Assembly (NCBI GenBank): GCA_045635585.1
Contig: JAZTWA010000005.1
Location: 13,101 to 77,100 of the forward strand
Source of the DNA: Candidatus Enterousia sp.
GTDB lineage: Bacteria > Pseudomonadota > Alphaproteobacteria > Rs-D84
Reading direction: 5' to 3'
Length of the DNA: 64,000 bases
This document shows positions 19,046-28,146 of the stretch, one piece after another. A program made the translations under genes and the position numbers. A model generated the notes under the pieces. That model saw only the letters and a list, made by a program, of their open reading frames with translations. It searched no databases and was not told where the DNA came from. How positions within the stretch are numbered: the stretch's first letter is position 1; every line of letters starts with the position of its first letter.

Positions 19046-19503
19046 TGAAAATGGAATCTGGACGTTCTTTGATTGAAGTTATTGGCGTAATGGCAATTGC
19101 AGGATTAATGACGATATCCGCATTAGGTGCGTATAAAATGATACGCGCAAATCAGACACGAAATATCGCAGACGCCGAATTAAAACAAATTGTACAGAAT
19201 GTAAAAATACTGATGGAAATGCGCGGTTCGTACGAAGGGGTCAGCGTTGATTATTTAATCAAGGCAGGCGCTTTACAATCCAATCGCGCGCCAATTGGTG
19301 GTGAAAACTGGTCTATTTATGCAAGCGCGGATGGCAAATCTTTTTCAATTAATTTAATTGATTTAACAAACGGCGAATGTGAATACTTTGCAAACAAAAA
19401 GCACAATTGGGCATCCGCAATGTTAATCAACGGATTTGAATCAGGGTTAACCAACAACTGTTTCGATTCTGATACAAATCAGATTTCTTTTATTGTTGAA
19501 TAA
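19045..19503 (+). CDS. Type IV pilin (PilS-like) / pseudopilin, 152 aa
   Basis: MKMESG|RSLIEVIGVMAIAGL prepilin motif with E5, and a C-terminal Cys pair. TAATG overlap with dnaX. Confidence 0.8.
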   Translation: MKMESGRSLIEVIGVMAIAGLMTISALGAYKMIRANQTRNIADAELKQIVQNVKILMEMRGSYEGVSVDYLIKAGALQSNRAPIGGENWSIYASADGKSFSINLIDLTNGECEYFANKKHNWASAMLINGFESGLTNNCFDSDTNQISFIVE

Positions 19504-20189
19504 TGAATGTATTAAAAAATATATTTTTATTATCTTTTTGCTGCGCATTTGTTTCGGGATGCGCAACATATACCAGCCCAGAACGAAGCACATGGTTTTC
19601 ATATTTGAACGGCGCCAGCTTTACAGACATGACCGAAATGTCGCGTGTCGCAAAACGTCCCGTATATTTGGGCGCAGCCGGCAAACTGATAAACAATGCG
19701 GTTAGTACACCTGATTCAATGGAATACGGAAACAAGGTTGAAAATGACAACATTATTGCCAAACAATATATGTCACAATTGGAATACGAACTGTATGATG
19801 CATTGCGCAAACCTGGGATATCCGTTCAACGCGCAGGAACAGATGTTGTTATAATCCTTGTGCGTGATGCAATTATGGAAATGAACGTTGCAGATATTTC
19901 ACAAACTGGTGATGACACATTAAAAACAATTGAAAAAATCTTAAACAAGTATAACGCTACTTTTATTGAAATCGCGGGCTATACAGATGCGATGCGTAAT
20001 ACAGATGCGGCATCGGCACTATCTTTGGACATGGCACAACGTGTCGGTGTACATATGGCCCAACACAAGATAAATACTGCACGTTTATTTATTGTGGGAC
20101 GCGGCGCAACACGACCAATTGCCGCACAAGATGATATCGGCCGTTTAACTAACAGACGCGTTGAAATTCGTCTTAGTCCCGCCAGATAA
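19503..20189 (+). CDS. OmpA-family lipoprotein
   Basis: Lipobox FVSG|C and OmpA C-domain motifs IAGYTD and NRRVEI. TAATG overlap with the pilin gene. Confidence 0.85.
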   Translation: MNVLKNIFLLSFCCAFVSGCATYTSPERSTWFSYLNGASFTDMTEMSRVAKRPVYLGAAGKLINNAVSTPDSMEYGNKVENDNIIAKQYMSQLEYELYDALRKPGISVQRAGTDVVIILVRDAIMEMNVADISQTGDDTLKTIEKILNKYNATFIEIAGYTDAMRNTDAASALSLDMAQRVGVHMAQHKINTARLFIVGRGATRPIAAQDDIGRLTNRRVEIRLSPAR

Positions 20190-20258
20190 CTTTCCCTTTT
20201 CATTTTAATTTTTTGTTGTTATAGTGTGGGCATAACAAGCAAAAAAAAGGAAGAAAAC

Positions 20259-20924
20259 ATGGTTAAAAAATCATCTGAAAATTCAGTTGTAAAAAACTAT
20301 AAAAAAACTGGCTTGGTTGCGGCGGCGGTTGTTGCTGTGGCTGTATTGGGGGCAATGGCAGTTTCTGCATTGAATTCAAATAACACAACGTCTGTTCAAG
20401 ATGCAATGGAAGTCGTTACAACAGATGCCGCAAATGGCGCACAATTGCGTATCGCAGTTGTTCGTATGGATGAAATCCAAGGCGAAGCCGTTGCATTAAA
20501 AAAATTGCGTGAACAAAAAGAATCTTATGAAACAAAATTGCGCGACGAATTGACCAAAGAACAAAAAGATTTGGAAAAAGAAAAAGCAGAAATTGAAAAA
20601 TCACAAGATGTTTTATCACGTGAAGCTTTGCAACGTCGTGTTGTCGATTATCAAAACAAAGTTACAAAATTACAACGCGATTTGACAGAACGTGCACAAA
20701 GTATCGAAATGGCATACCAAAAAGCATTAAATGATGTTCAAACAAAACATTTGGACCCAATTATCGAAGGTATTATCGACAAGAAAAACTTGTCATTGGT
20801 TATCGACGGACGTATGGCACGCACAGGCAAAAATGTCGAAGGTTTAGACATCACAAACGAAGTTGTTCAAGCACTGAACAAAAAAGTTTCGAATGTAAAA
20901 ATGGATAAACCAATGGGTTTCTAA
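20259..20924 (+). CDS. OmpH/Skp-family periplasmic chaperone
   Basis: N-terminal hydrophobic segment, IAVVRMD, long coiled coil, LDITNEVVQALN. Start refined to ATG 20259 after SD AAGGA. Confidence 0.8.
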   Translation: MVKKSSENSVVKNYKKTGLVAAAVVAVAVLGAMAVSALNSNNTTSVQDAMEVVTTDAANGAQLRIAVVRMDEIQGEAVALKKLREQKESYETKLRDELTKEQKDLEKEKAEIEKSQDVLSREALQRRVVDYQNKVTKLQRDLTERAQSIEMAYQKALNDVQTKHLDPIIEGIIDKKNLSLVIDGRMARTGKNVEGLDITNEVVQALNKKVSNVKMDKPMGF

Positions 20925-20942
20925 AAACAAAACACTAACAAC

Positions 20943-20971
20943 AAAAAAATCCCCAAAACGGGGATTTTTTT
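20943..20971. terminator. Bidirectional terminator, ATCCCC family
   Basis: aaaaaaatccc-caaaac-gggattttttt between convergent genes. Confidence 0.8.
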
Positions 20972-21242
20972 ATTTACGCAGACCCAATTTTTTAATCAGT
21001 TCTTCGTAGTCAGCAACATTACGTTTTTTGATGTATGCCAACAATTTTTTACGGCGATTAACCATCATCAACAAACCACGTTTTGAATGTTGGTCTTTGT
21101 GATTGTTTTTCATGTGTTCTGTCAAATTACGGATACGTTCTGTTAAAACAGCAACCTGTGATTCAACGGAACCACCATTATCTTTGTCAGATGATTTATA
21201 TGCCTGAATTAATTCAGTCTTTTTTGCCTTTGTAATGGACAT
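20970..21242 (-). CDS. rpsO: 30S ribosomal protein S15
   Basis: [36 protein letters not shown] and LGLRK. Confidence 0.98.
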   Translation of the reverse strand: MSITKAKKTELIQAYKSSDKDNGGSVESQVAVLTERIRNLTEHMKNNHKDQHSKRGLLMMVNRRKKLLAYIKKRNVADYEELIKKLGLRK

Positions 21243-21260
21243 TGTTTTCCCTTTTGGTTT

Positions 21261-22133
21261 TTATATTGTTCGTTTTGGGCGCAGCACACCATCTGATACG
21301 CATCCAATACCAATGAAATTTTCACCAGTATAAACACGATACAAACCATCCGCCACACCAATCCGGATAAAACCACCGTTTTTATAATATTCGGCATCTT
21401 TATCCGCCAGATTATGAACCGGAATGTCCCCCAGTCCAAAATCAACAGGTTTTAGATATTCACCAAAACCACCTGTATTATTAAACAGATTTTCCAAAAA
21501 ATCAAGTTGTACAGCATTTTTTATATCAAATCCATTTGTAAACGTGCGACGTATCATATCAACCGTCGCAATCGCACCACACTGTTTTGCAATATCACGC
21601 CCCAGCGAACGTACGTATGTACCACGTCCGCAACGCGTACGAAAATGCCATGAATTATCGCGCACACCAAGAAATTCTAATTCATAAATATCAACCGGTC
21701 TGGGTAACATTTCAATCGCGATGCCACGACGTGCCACATCATATGCACGCGCACCCGCAACATGAACCGCAGAATAAATTGGCGGAATCTGTTCAATCTT
21801 GCCAATTAAATTTGGCAAAACAGATACAACATCAGAAACTTCTGGGACAAAATTATTTCGTGCAATTTCACGCCCTGTGATATCCAATGTGTCTGTTTCA
21901 AAGCCAAACTGTAATGAAAACAAATATTCTTTCAGATTGTCGTTCTGGTCTTCTATGAATGGTATCATCTTTGTTGCATCACCAATTGCAATCGGCAAAA
22001 CCCCAGATGCCATCGGATCCAATGTACCAATATGTCCAAACTTTTTTGTCCCCAACATACGTGCAATACGACCACCCGCCGTTCGTGAGAACAGACCACT
22101 GGATTTATCCAAAATAACCCAACCAGATTTCAT
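21261..22133 (-). CDS. truB: tRNA pseudouridine(55) synthase
   Basis: LDK, KFGHIGTLDPMASGVL, PPIYSA and GTYVRSL. Confidence 0.96.
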   Translation of the reverse strand: MKSGWVILDKSSGLFSRTAGGRIARMLGTKKFGHIGTLDPMASGVLPIAIGDATKMIPFIEDQNDNLKEYLFSLQFGFETDTLDITGREIARNNFVPEVSDVVSVLPNLIGKIEQIPPIYSAVHVAGARAYDVARRGIAIEMLPRPVDIYELEFLGVRDNSWHFRTRCGRGTYVRSLGRDIAKQCGAIATVDMIRRTFTNGFDIKNAVQLDFLENLFNNTGGFGEYLKPVDFGLGDIPVHNLADKDAEYYKNGGFIRIGVADGLYRVYTGENFIGIGCVSDGVLRPKRTI

Positions 22134-22607
22134 TTACTTTACTTTTTCAATTTTATATACAGACTGTTTTACCTGATTTATGCAACGTTCAAATTCTGAA
22201 ACTGAACCATTATGTGGTGGATAAACCTGAACCAGTTTTTCATTATCAAAAACTTTCAAATCCTTGGAATCAAAACGCTGTCTGAATTTATCATATTGTT
22301 TTGCACGATATGGTGTCGCCATTTCTGGCATATCAATTTCAAATACACCATCAGGTAATTCAGACACAGAACGACCAACGTAAAATTTTGGCCCCCATAA
22401 TACATTTGACTGGACCATAAAATCATCAATATTAAAGGCAATTCTGTGCCCCAACCTGAAATACTTTTTATCCGCATCCAAAGAAAGACCCGTTCTGGCA
22501 TCGCGTCTGAAATCATACTTTTTTAAATAATTCAACAATTCCACATCCGTAGAACATTCAAACGTATCATAAAACGTATCCAAAATATAGGTTGTTTTTA
22601 TAATCAT
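22134..22607 (-). CDS. Hypothetical protein (ORFan, 157 aa)
   Basis: Fills the gap between mutS and truB, with SD AAGG and a stop abutting the truB ATG. No motif recognised. Confidence 0.7.
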   Translation of the reverse strand: MIIKTTYILDTFYDTFECSTDVELLNYLKKYDFRRDARTGLSLDADKKYFRLGHRIAFNIDDFMVQSNVLWGPKFYVGRSVSELPDGVFEIDMPEMATPYRAKQYDKFRQRFDSKDLKVFDNEKLVQVYPPHNGSVSEFERCINQVKQSVYKIEKVK

Positions 22608-22622
22608 ATATTAACCTTTTAT

Positions 22623-25136
22623 TTATCCAAATAAATTTAACTGGGGCGCATCACCATCACATACAACCGTCTTTTTGCGTGGTGTGGCGCGGTGCGATTG
22701 AACAGGTGCCGCCACTTCATTAGATTCCAATGCGTTTAATACACATTCTGCACGCGCAATCACAGTTGATGGCATTCCAGCCATTTTCGCAACATGGATA
22801 CCATAGGACCGATTTGCAACACCTGCAACAATTTTGTGCATAAAGATTATTTCATTATTATGTTCGCGAACATCAATCGTTAAACACGATACATTTGATA
22901 ATCCACTGTCCCCAACTAAACGTGTCAATTCATGATAATGCGTTGCAAACAAAGTACGCGAATGTAACCCATCAAGATATTCTAAAACAGCCTGGGCAAT
23001 GGCCATACCATCATATGTCGCAGTACCACGACCGATTTCATCAAATATAATAAATGAATGGCATGTTGCACGATTTAAAATGTTTGCCGTTTCGGACATT
23101 TCAACCATAAATGTCGATTGACCCGCCGCCAGATTATCCGATGCACCAACACGACTGAACAATTGATCACATATACCAATCGTGGCAGATGTTGCCGGAA
23201 CAAAAGAACCCAAATGCGCCAAAACCACAATTAATGCATTCTGACGCAGATATGTCGATTTACCCGCCATATTTGGACCGGTCAATAACGCAATTGCGTG
23301 CGTATTTAAATCACAATCATTTTTTACAAAATTGTCCCCACGCGAACGTAAAACAGATTCAATCACAGGATGACGACCACCAACAACATTAAAGGCGCAA
23401 TCAGATGTTATTAATGGGCATACCCATGAATACTTTTGTGCAACATTTGATAAAGACACCCAAACATCAGCATCCGCCAACAAATCTGCCGTCAATAATA
23501 AATCATCCGCAATATCACGAATTTCAGATATAAAGCGTTCGATTATTTCTGCTTCGATTGCAGCGGCCTTTTCGGCAGCACTGCGCACATCGTTATCCAA
23601 GTCAATTAAACGAGATGTGGTAAAACGCATATTACCAGACATTGTTTGGCGATGTATAAAGCCTGATTCCGGTTGTAATAATGCATCTGCGCGTGCACTG
23701 GGGATTTCGATAAAGTATCCCAACATATTGTTATATTTTATTTTCAGTGTATTAACACCCGTTTGAGAAACATATTCTGATTGTAATGCGGCAATTGTTT
23801 CGCGCGCACCATGTGATAATCCACGCATATTATCCAATGCCAAATCAAACCCATCACGAATTACACCACCATCACGAAAGAACGTTGGTAATTCATCAGC
23901 CATCGCACGCGACAATGACGAATACAAGTCAGAATGCATATGAATATTTTCAAACAATGGTGCAAAACCAGAATCCAAATATGATGACATCATCTGGGCA
24001 CGTGGCAAAATGGACAAGAATTCACAAATATGACGCATATCACGTGGTGTGCCACGTCCAGATAACAAACGCGACAAACAACGACCAACATCCGGCACAG
24101 ATGATAAAAGCATCGATACAGATGACATTACATCGGGATGTGCCGTAAAATGCATCACATGCCTTTGACGCGATTGAATTTCTGCAATATCAGACGACAA
24201 ATTACGCAAATAAGAACGCAACTTGCGCGCACCTGCCGCAGTTACCGTTTCGTCCAAAACATCCATTAAACATGTTCCACCATCGTTAATTGGTGCATCT
24301 ATTTCCAAACTTTTCCATGTGGCAGAATCAATCAACAATTGTCGGCCAGACTTAAAATTGTATGGCGCACGAAATGTGATTTTTGCATCACGTTGGGTAT
24401 TAAACAAATAACCCGCAAGTAAACAAATCGCATTATCTGTATCAAACGCAACAGATGTCGAATCAACTGCCCCACCAAAAACACGCGATACAACCATGTC
24501 AATATCTGTACGATGATATAACTTTTCATAAACAGGGGTTGATTTGAACAATCCACGCAATGTCATGATTGTTTTTTCTTCGGCAGATGAAAAAGGAAAT
24601 ATTACTTCGGCCGGATTTATTTGAACCAAATCATCAACAATATTTTTTGTATTGCCAACAAAAAATTCACCAGTCGATATATCACAACCTGCAATATCGT
24701 ATTTACCACCACCCATCGGACATACAGCAATCAAAAAATTTGAATTTTTAGGCGTTAATAAATTTTCATCTGTTAATGTGCCAGGTGTTAAAACACGAAC
24801 AACCTGACGATCAATATATTTATGACCACGTTCTTTGGCCTGGGCCGGTGTTTCCATTTGTTCGACCAGTGCAACCTTATGCCCAGAACGAACAAGCCGT
24901 CCAAAATAATTATCAGCTGCATGCCATGGGATACCGCACATCGGAATACTGTTTCCATCACCGTCAGTACCACGTGCGGTCAAGACCAATCCCAACGTAG
25001 AACTGATAACTTTGGCATCTTCAAAAAATGATTCATAAAAATCCCCCAAACGAAACATCAACAGCGCATCTGGATTTTCTGATTTCATATCCACATACTG
25101 TTGCATCACAGGTGTTAATTTACTTTTGTCTGCCAC
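22623..25136 (-). CDS. mutS: DNA mismatch repair protein MutS
   Basis: TPVMQQY, FRLGDFYESF, GPNMAGKSTYLRQ, DEIGRGT, FATHYHEL and SYGIHVA. Confidence 0.98.
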   Translation of the reverse strand: MADKSKLTPVMQQYVDMKSENPDALLMFRLGDFYESFFEDAKVISSTLGLVLTARGTDGDGNSIPMCGIPWHAADNYFGRLVRSGHKVALVEQMETPAQAKERGHKYIDRQVVRVLTPGTLTDENLLTPKNSNFLIAVCPMGGGKYDIAGCDISTGEFFVGNTKNIVDDLVQINPAEVIFPFSSAEEKTIMTLRGLFKSTPVYEKLYHRTDIDMVVSRVFGGAVDSTSVAFDTDNAICLLAGYLFNTQRDAKITFRAPYNFKSGRQLLIDSATWKSLEIDAPINDGGTCLMDVLDETVTAAGARKLRSYLRNLSSDIAEIQSRQRHVMHFTAHPDVMSSVSMLLSSVPDVGRCLSRLLSGRGTPRDMRHICEFLSILPRAQMMSSYLDSGFAPLFENIHMHSDLYSSLSRAMADELPTFFRDGGVIRDGFDLALDNMRGLSHGARETIAALQSEYVSQTGVNTLKIKYNNMLGYFIEIPSARADALLQPESGFIHRQTMSGNMRFTTSRLIDLDNDVRSAAEKAAAIEAEIIERFISEIRDIADDLLLTADLLADADVWVSLSNVAQKYSWVCPLITSDCAFNVVGGRHPVIESVLRSRGDNFVKNDCDLNTHAIALLTGPNMAGKSTYLRQNALIVVLAHLGSFVPATSATIGICDQLFSRVGASDNLAAGQSTFMVEMSETANILNRATCHSFIIFDEIGRGTATYDGMAIAQAVLEYLDGLHSRTLFATHYHELTRLVGDSGLSNVSCLTIDVREHNNEIIFMHKIVAGVANRSYGIHVAKMAGMPSTVIARAECVLNALESNEVAAPVQSHRATPRKKTVVCDGDAPQLNLFG

Positions 25137-25161
25137 GATAAATCCATTTTATTTTTAATTA

Positions 25162-25356
25162 TTATGCGCCAATTTTTAATGTTTCAATTTTCAATTCGGC
25201 TTCTTTTAATAATTGTTCACAATATGCCTTTAATTTTATTCCCTGTTCATAGGCCGCAACAGAATCCGCCAAAGGTAATTGTCCAGATTCCATTTTTTTT
25301 ACCAATTCTGTTAATTGTTTATATGCTTCTTCAAAGGATAATTTTTGTTCTTCCAT
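25162..25356 (-). CDS. xseB: Exodeoxyribonuclease VII small subunit
   Basis: LSFEEAY...LPLADSVAAYEQGIKL...C...L..AE. Confidence 0.93.
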   Translation of the reverse strand: MEEQKLSFEEAYKQLTELVKKMESGQLPLADSVAAYEQGIKLKAYCEQLLKEAELKIETLKIGA

Positions 25357-25418
25357 GTGTTTCCCCTGTTATAAAAATTGCAAATTTACGATACAAAATT
25401 AATTTCTTATTTTCAATT

Positions 25419-25445
25419 AAAAATCCCCCAATATGGGGATTTTTT
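25419..25445 (-). terminator. Intrinsic terminator, ATCCCC family
   Basis: aaaaatcccc-caatat-ggggatttttt. Confidence 0.8.
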
Positions 25446-26205
25446 ATCGCATATTCTGATGACGTTCCCAATCCAGCGCATTTTGAATATACTGACGCGC
25501 ACGCGATATATCAAATATACGTGTTTTCGGATACATTAAATTATATTCTGCATCAATCCACGTACTATAGTCATGGGGTAACAATTGCGAAATTTCATTT
25601 AAATCAAACCACACATATCGGGGTGATATACCACCTGCATACCCCATTGGATGTGTATCATAAACAGGCAATTGCCAACGTTCAGGATGCACCCCATATC
25701 CACCAGATGCATCATACAATAATGAAAAAGGCGCACCTGTTTCGTGCACAGATGAAACACGTTCACAAACACGTGCGTTATACGGCAAGATAAATTCATG
25801 TTCGGGATATTGGGATATTAATCGCGCAACAGAATCTGCATCAAAGTCAGTTGTACTATTGCCAATATTTAATTGCCATCTACGAATAGCAGGACCTGTA
25901 TTCTTATAATTTCGCATATCCAGCCAGCCTGCAATTTCAATCGGCAAATTTTTATTTTGTTTACTGCACAGAATATTACACCACTGGTAATTAACATGCA
26001 GCGCAACATTTAATGGCATATCTATATTGGTTATGAAATTCATTAAATTATTAAACCAAATATTCCGTGAATCACCATTTTTCATATTAGATGGTTGTGC
26101 CTGAATACCAATTTCAACAGATGGCGCAATTTTTAACAACCCAATTAAATCGGTTGGTTTTATATTTTCACGCGGATCAGAACATGTTATATATCGCAAG
26201 TTCAT
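25444..26205 (-). CDS. TrpF(PRAI)-like TIM-barrel protein of unknown function
   Basis: LLYDASGGYG, MGYAGGISP and TWIDAE resemble the phosphate-binding half of PRAI-type barrels. ATGA overlap with rlmN. Confidence 0.6.
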   Translation of the reverse strand: MNLRYITCSDPRENIKPTDLIGLLKIAPSVEIGIQAQPSNMKNGDSRNIWFNNLMNFITNIDMPLNVALHVNYQWCNILCSKQNKNLPIEIAGWLDMRNYKNTGPAIRRWQLNIGNSTTDFDADSVARLISQYPEHEFILPYNARVCERVSSVHETGAPFSLLYDASGGYGVHPERWQLPVYDTHPMGYAGGISPRYVWFDLNEISQLLPHDYSTWIDAEYNLMYPKTRIFDISRARQYIQNALDWERHQNMR

Positions 26206-27308
26206 TTTTTTGCCTTGGCATTATTAAGGCGTAATTGTCCACACGCAGACCCAATATCTGTCCCACGTTCACGACGAATACGTGTATGAATTCCATTTTT
26301 TATCAAGATATCTTGAAAACGATGTACCGCATTTCCAGATGGCGATGCAAAGCTGCGTTCATCAACCGCATTCCATGGAATTAAATTCACCATGCAATTT
26401 TTTCCATGTAACAGTTCTGTTAATTGTTCTGCATGTTCGGGGGTCGCATTTAACAGATGGGCATCACCATTTTCATCATATGTACCCAGTAAAATATATT
26501 CTATCATCAGTTGACGATTATGCAAATCTGTGAAACGCCACGCCGCAGACAATACTTCATCAAGTTTATATTTATTATTAATTGGCATTATTTTGCTGCG
26601 CAATTCGTCTGTGGGCGCATGTAAAGATATCGCCAAATTAATCGGACGCCCCCATTCAATCAACCTATCGATTCCAGGGACAATTCCACATGTCGATACC
26701 GTAATACGACGCCAACCAATTCCCATTTCAGAATTTGCACGTTCAATAAAACCAATTACGTTTTCTGTATTTTGTAGCGGTTCGCCCGTACCCATTATAA
26801 CAATATGCGAAACATCGCCATTGTTTGCGTCGCCATTTGCACGAATTGATTTTTCTGAATTCTTGTCAGACCGCAATTCCCATTGCGCCACCAGAATTTG
26901 TGAAAAAATCTCATTTGTCGTTAAATTGCGTTTCAACCCCAACAAGGTACTGGCACAAAAGTGACACCCCATCGCACAACCGGCCTGAGAACTGACACAT
27001 ACACTGTTGCCGTATGTTGTACGCATTAAAACACATTCAATTTGTTCCCCATCATTTAATTCCAACAAAAACTTGGTCGTTTCACCATCAGATGATTCAA
27101 GTTTTTTTATAATTCGCACAGGTAATGTATGCGCAACCGCATCCAAATCTTTGCGTAGCGTTTCAGGAATATTTTTCATAGATGCAAAATCAGGCGCACC
27201 ACGATTTAACCATTGACGAATTTGTTTAGCGCGAAATTTGGGTTGTCCCAATTCAGTCAAATACTGTTCTAGTTCGGAATCTGTAAAATTAAACAATATT
27301 GGTTTCAT
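26202..27308 (-). CDS. rlmN: Dual-specificity rRNA/tRNA methyltransferase RlmN
   Basis: CVSSQAGCAMGCHFC radical-SAM motif, MGTGEP, SLHA and SACGQL. Confidence 0.97.
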   Translation of the reverse strand: MKPILFNFTDSELEQYLTELGQPKFRAKQIRQWLNRGAPDFASMKNIPETLRKDLDAVAHTLPVRIIKKLESSDGETTKFLLELNDGEQIECVLMRTTYGNSVCVSSQAGCAMGCHFCASTLLGLKRNLTTNEIFSQILVAQWELRSDKNSEKSIRANGDANNGDVSHIVIMGTGEPLQNTENVIGFIERANSEMGIGWRRITVSTCGIVPGIDRLIEWGRPINLAISLHAPTDELRSKIMPINNKYKLDEVLSAAWRFTDLHNRQLMIEYILLGTYDENGDAHLLNATPEHAEQLTELLHGKNCMVNLIPWNAVDERSFASPSGNAVHRFQDILIKNGIHTRIRRERGTDIGSACGQLRLNNAKAKK

Positions 27309-28126
27309 AATTTATATCTATCATCGTTTATAACAATTACTGCACGACGGCGCAATTGTTTCAGTTGTTGGTCCGCCATAAACATCGCCTGTTTATAGGT
27401 GGCGTTTTGTTTGATTATTTCATCCAAATTTTTATATTCATCGGTTTTCTTGGTTGAACATATTAACAACACTGAATCATCAACACGTGGCGACCATTTT
27501 AATATTGGTAACCCAGCCAAGCGTTCACGAATATCCGCCGACAATTCATATTGAACCGCGGTAAACTTTTGCGGAACACCACCCAAATCCGATGCCATTT
27601 TCATCGCATCGTCACATGATTTTGGTGCGGTTAATTTTGATGCAACATCTGATGGAATATCGGTCAATCGCACAATTGTCATTTCAATTGGCAAGCCATG
27701 TTCACGCGACAAATTATTTTTTTCTGCGGTTATATCTTCACCAGAAATACTGACCGTTGGCAAAACAGTACGCGCAACAATTATTTGCCATGCAATTTCT
27801 GCACGTAATGCATTTCGTGCCATTTCACGTTCAGACGCAGACAAATCCGTCATGTTCATCTTTTTTAATTCTGCATCAACTGTTTTATCATCTGGGACTG
27901 CATTAAAATTTTGTGCATAAGATAGTTTTATATTGTCATCAATTATATTTTGCAACGCGATACGACGATTATCTGTTGATGTTTTTCCTTGGCGTGCCAT
28001 CAGTTTTGTTCGATTGGTTATATCGGTATCTGTGATTGGTGTACCATTAATAGTTGCAACAACACTGGCCCCAAATACAGGAATTGTGGTCATGAACAAC
28101 AATGTTGCAAACGTTATTTTTTTCAT
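27305..28126 (-). CDS. surA: SurA-like periplasmic chaperone
   Basis: Signal peptide, VVATINGTPIT, position after lptD, and a C-terminal ...LRRRAVI motif. Confidence 0.8.
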   Translation of the reverse strand: MKKITFATLLFMTTIPVFGASVVATINGTPITDTDITNRTKLMARQGKTSTDNRRIALQNIIDDNIKLSYAQNFNAVPDDKTVDAELKKMNMTDLSASEREMARNALRAEIAWQIIVARTVLPTVSISGEDITAEKNNLSREHGLPIEMTIVRLTDIPSDVASKLTAPKSCDDAMKMASDLGGVPQKFTAVQYELSADIRERLAGLPILKWSPRVDDSVLLICSTKKTDEYKNLDEIIKQNATYKQAMFMADQQLKQLRRRAVIVINDDRYKL

Positions 28127-28146
28127 TATTCCTTTCCCTTGTTTAA

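Noticed and set aside
25164-25793. 209-aa plus-strand ORF
   Set aside because: Antisense to xseB and the TrpF-like gene, and it crosses a terminator; no motif.
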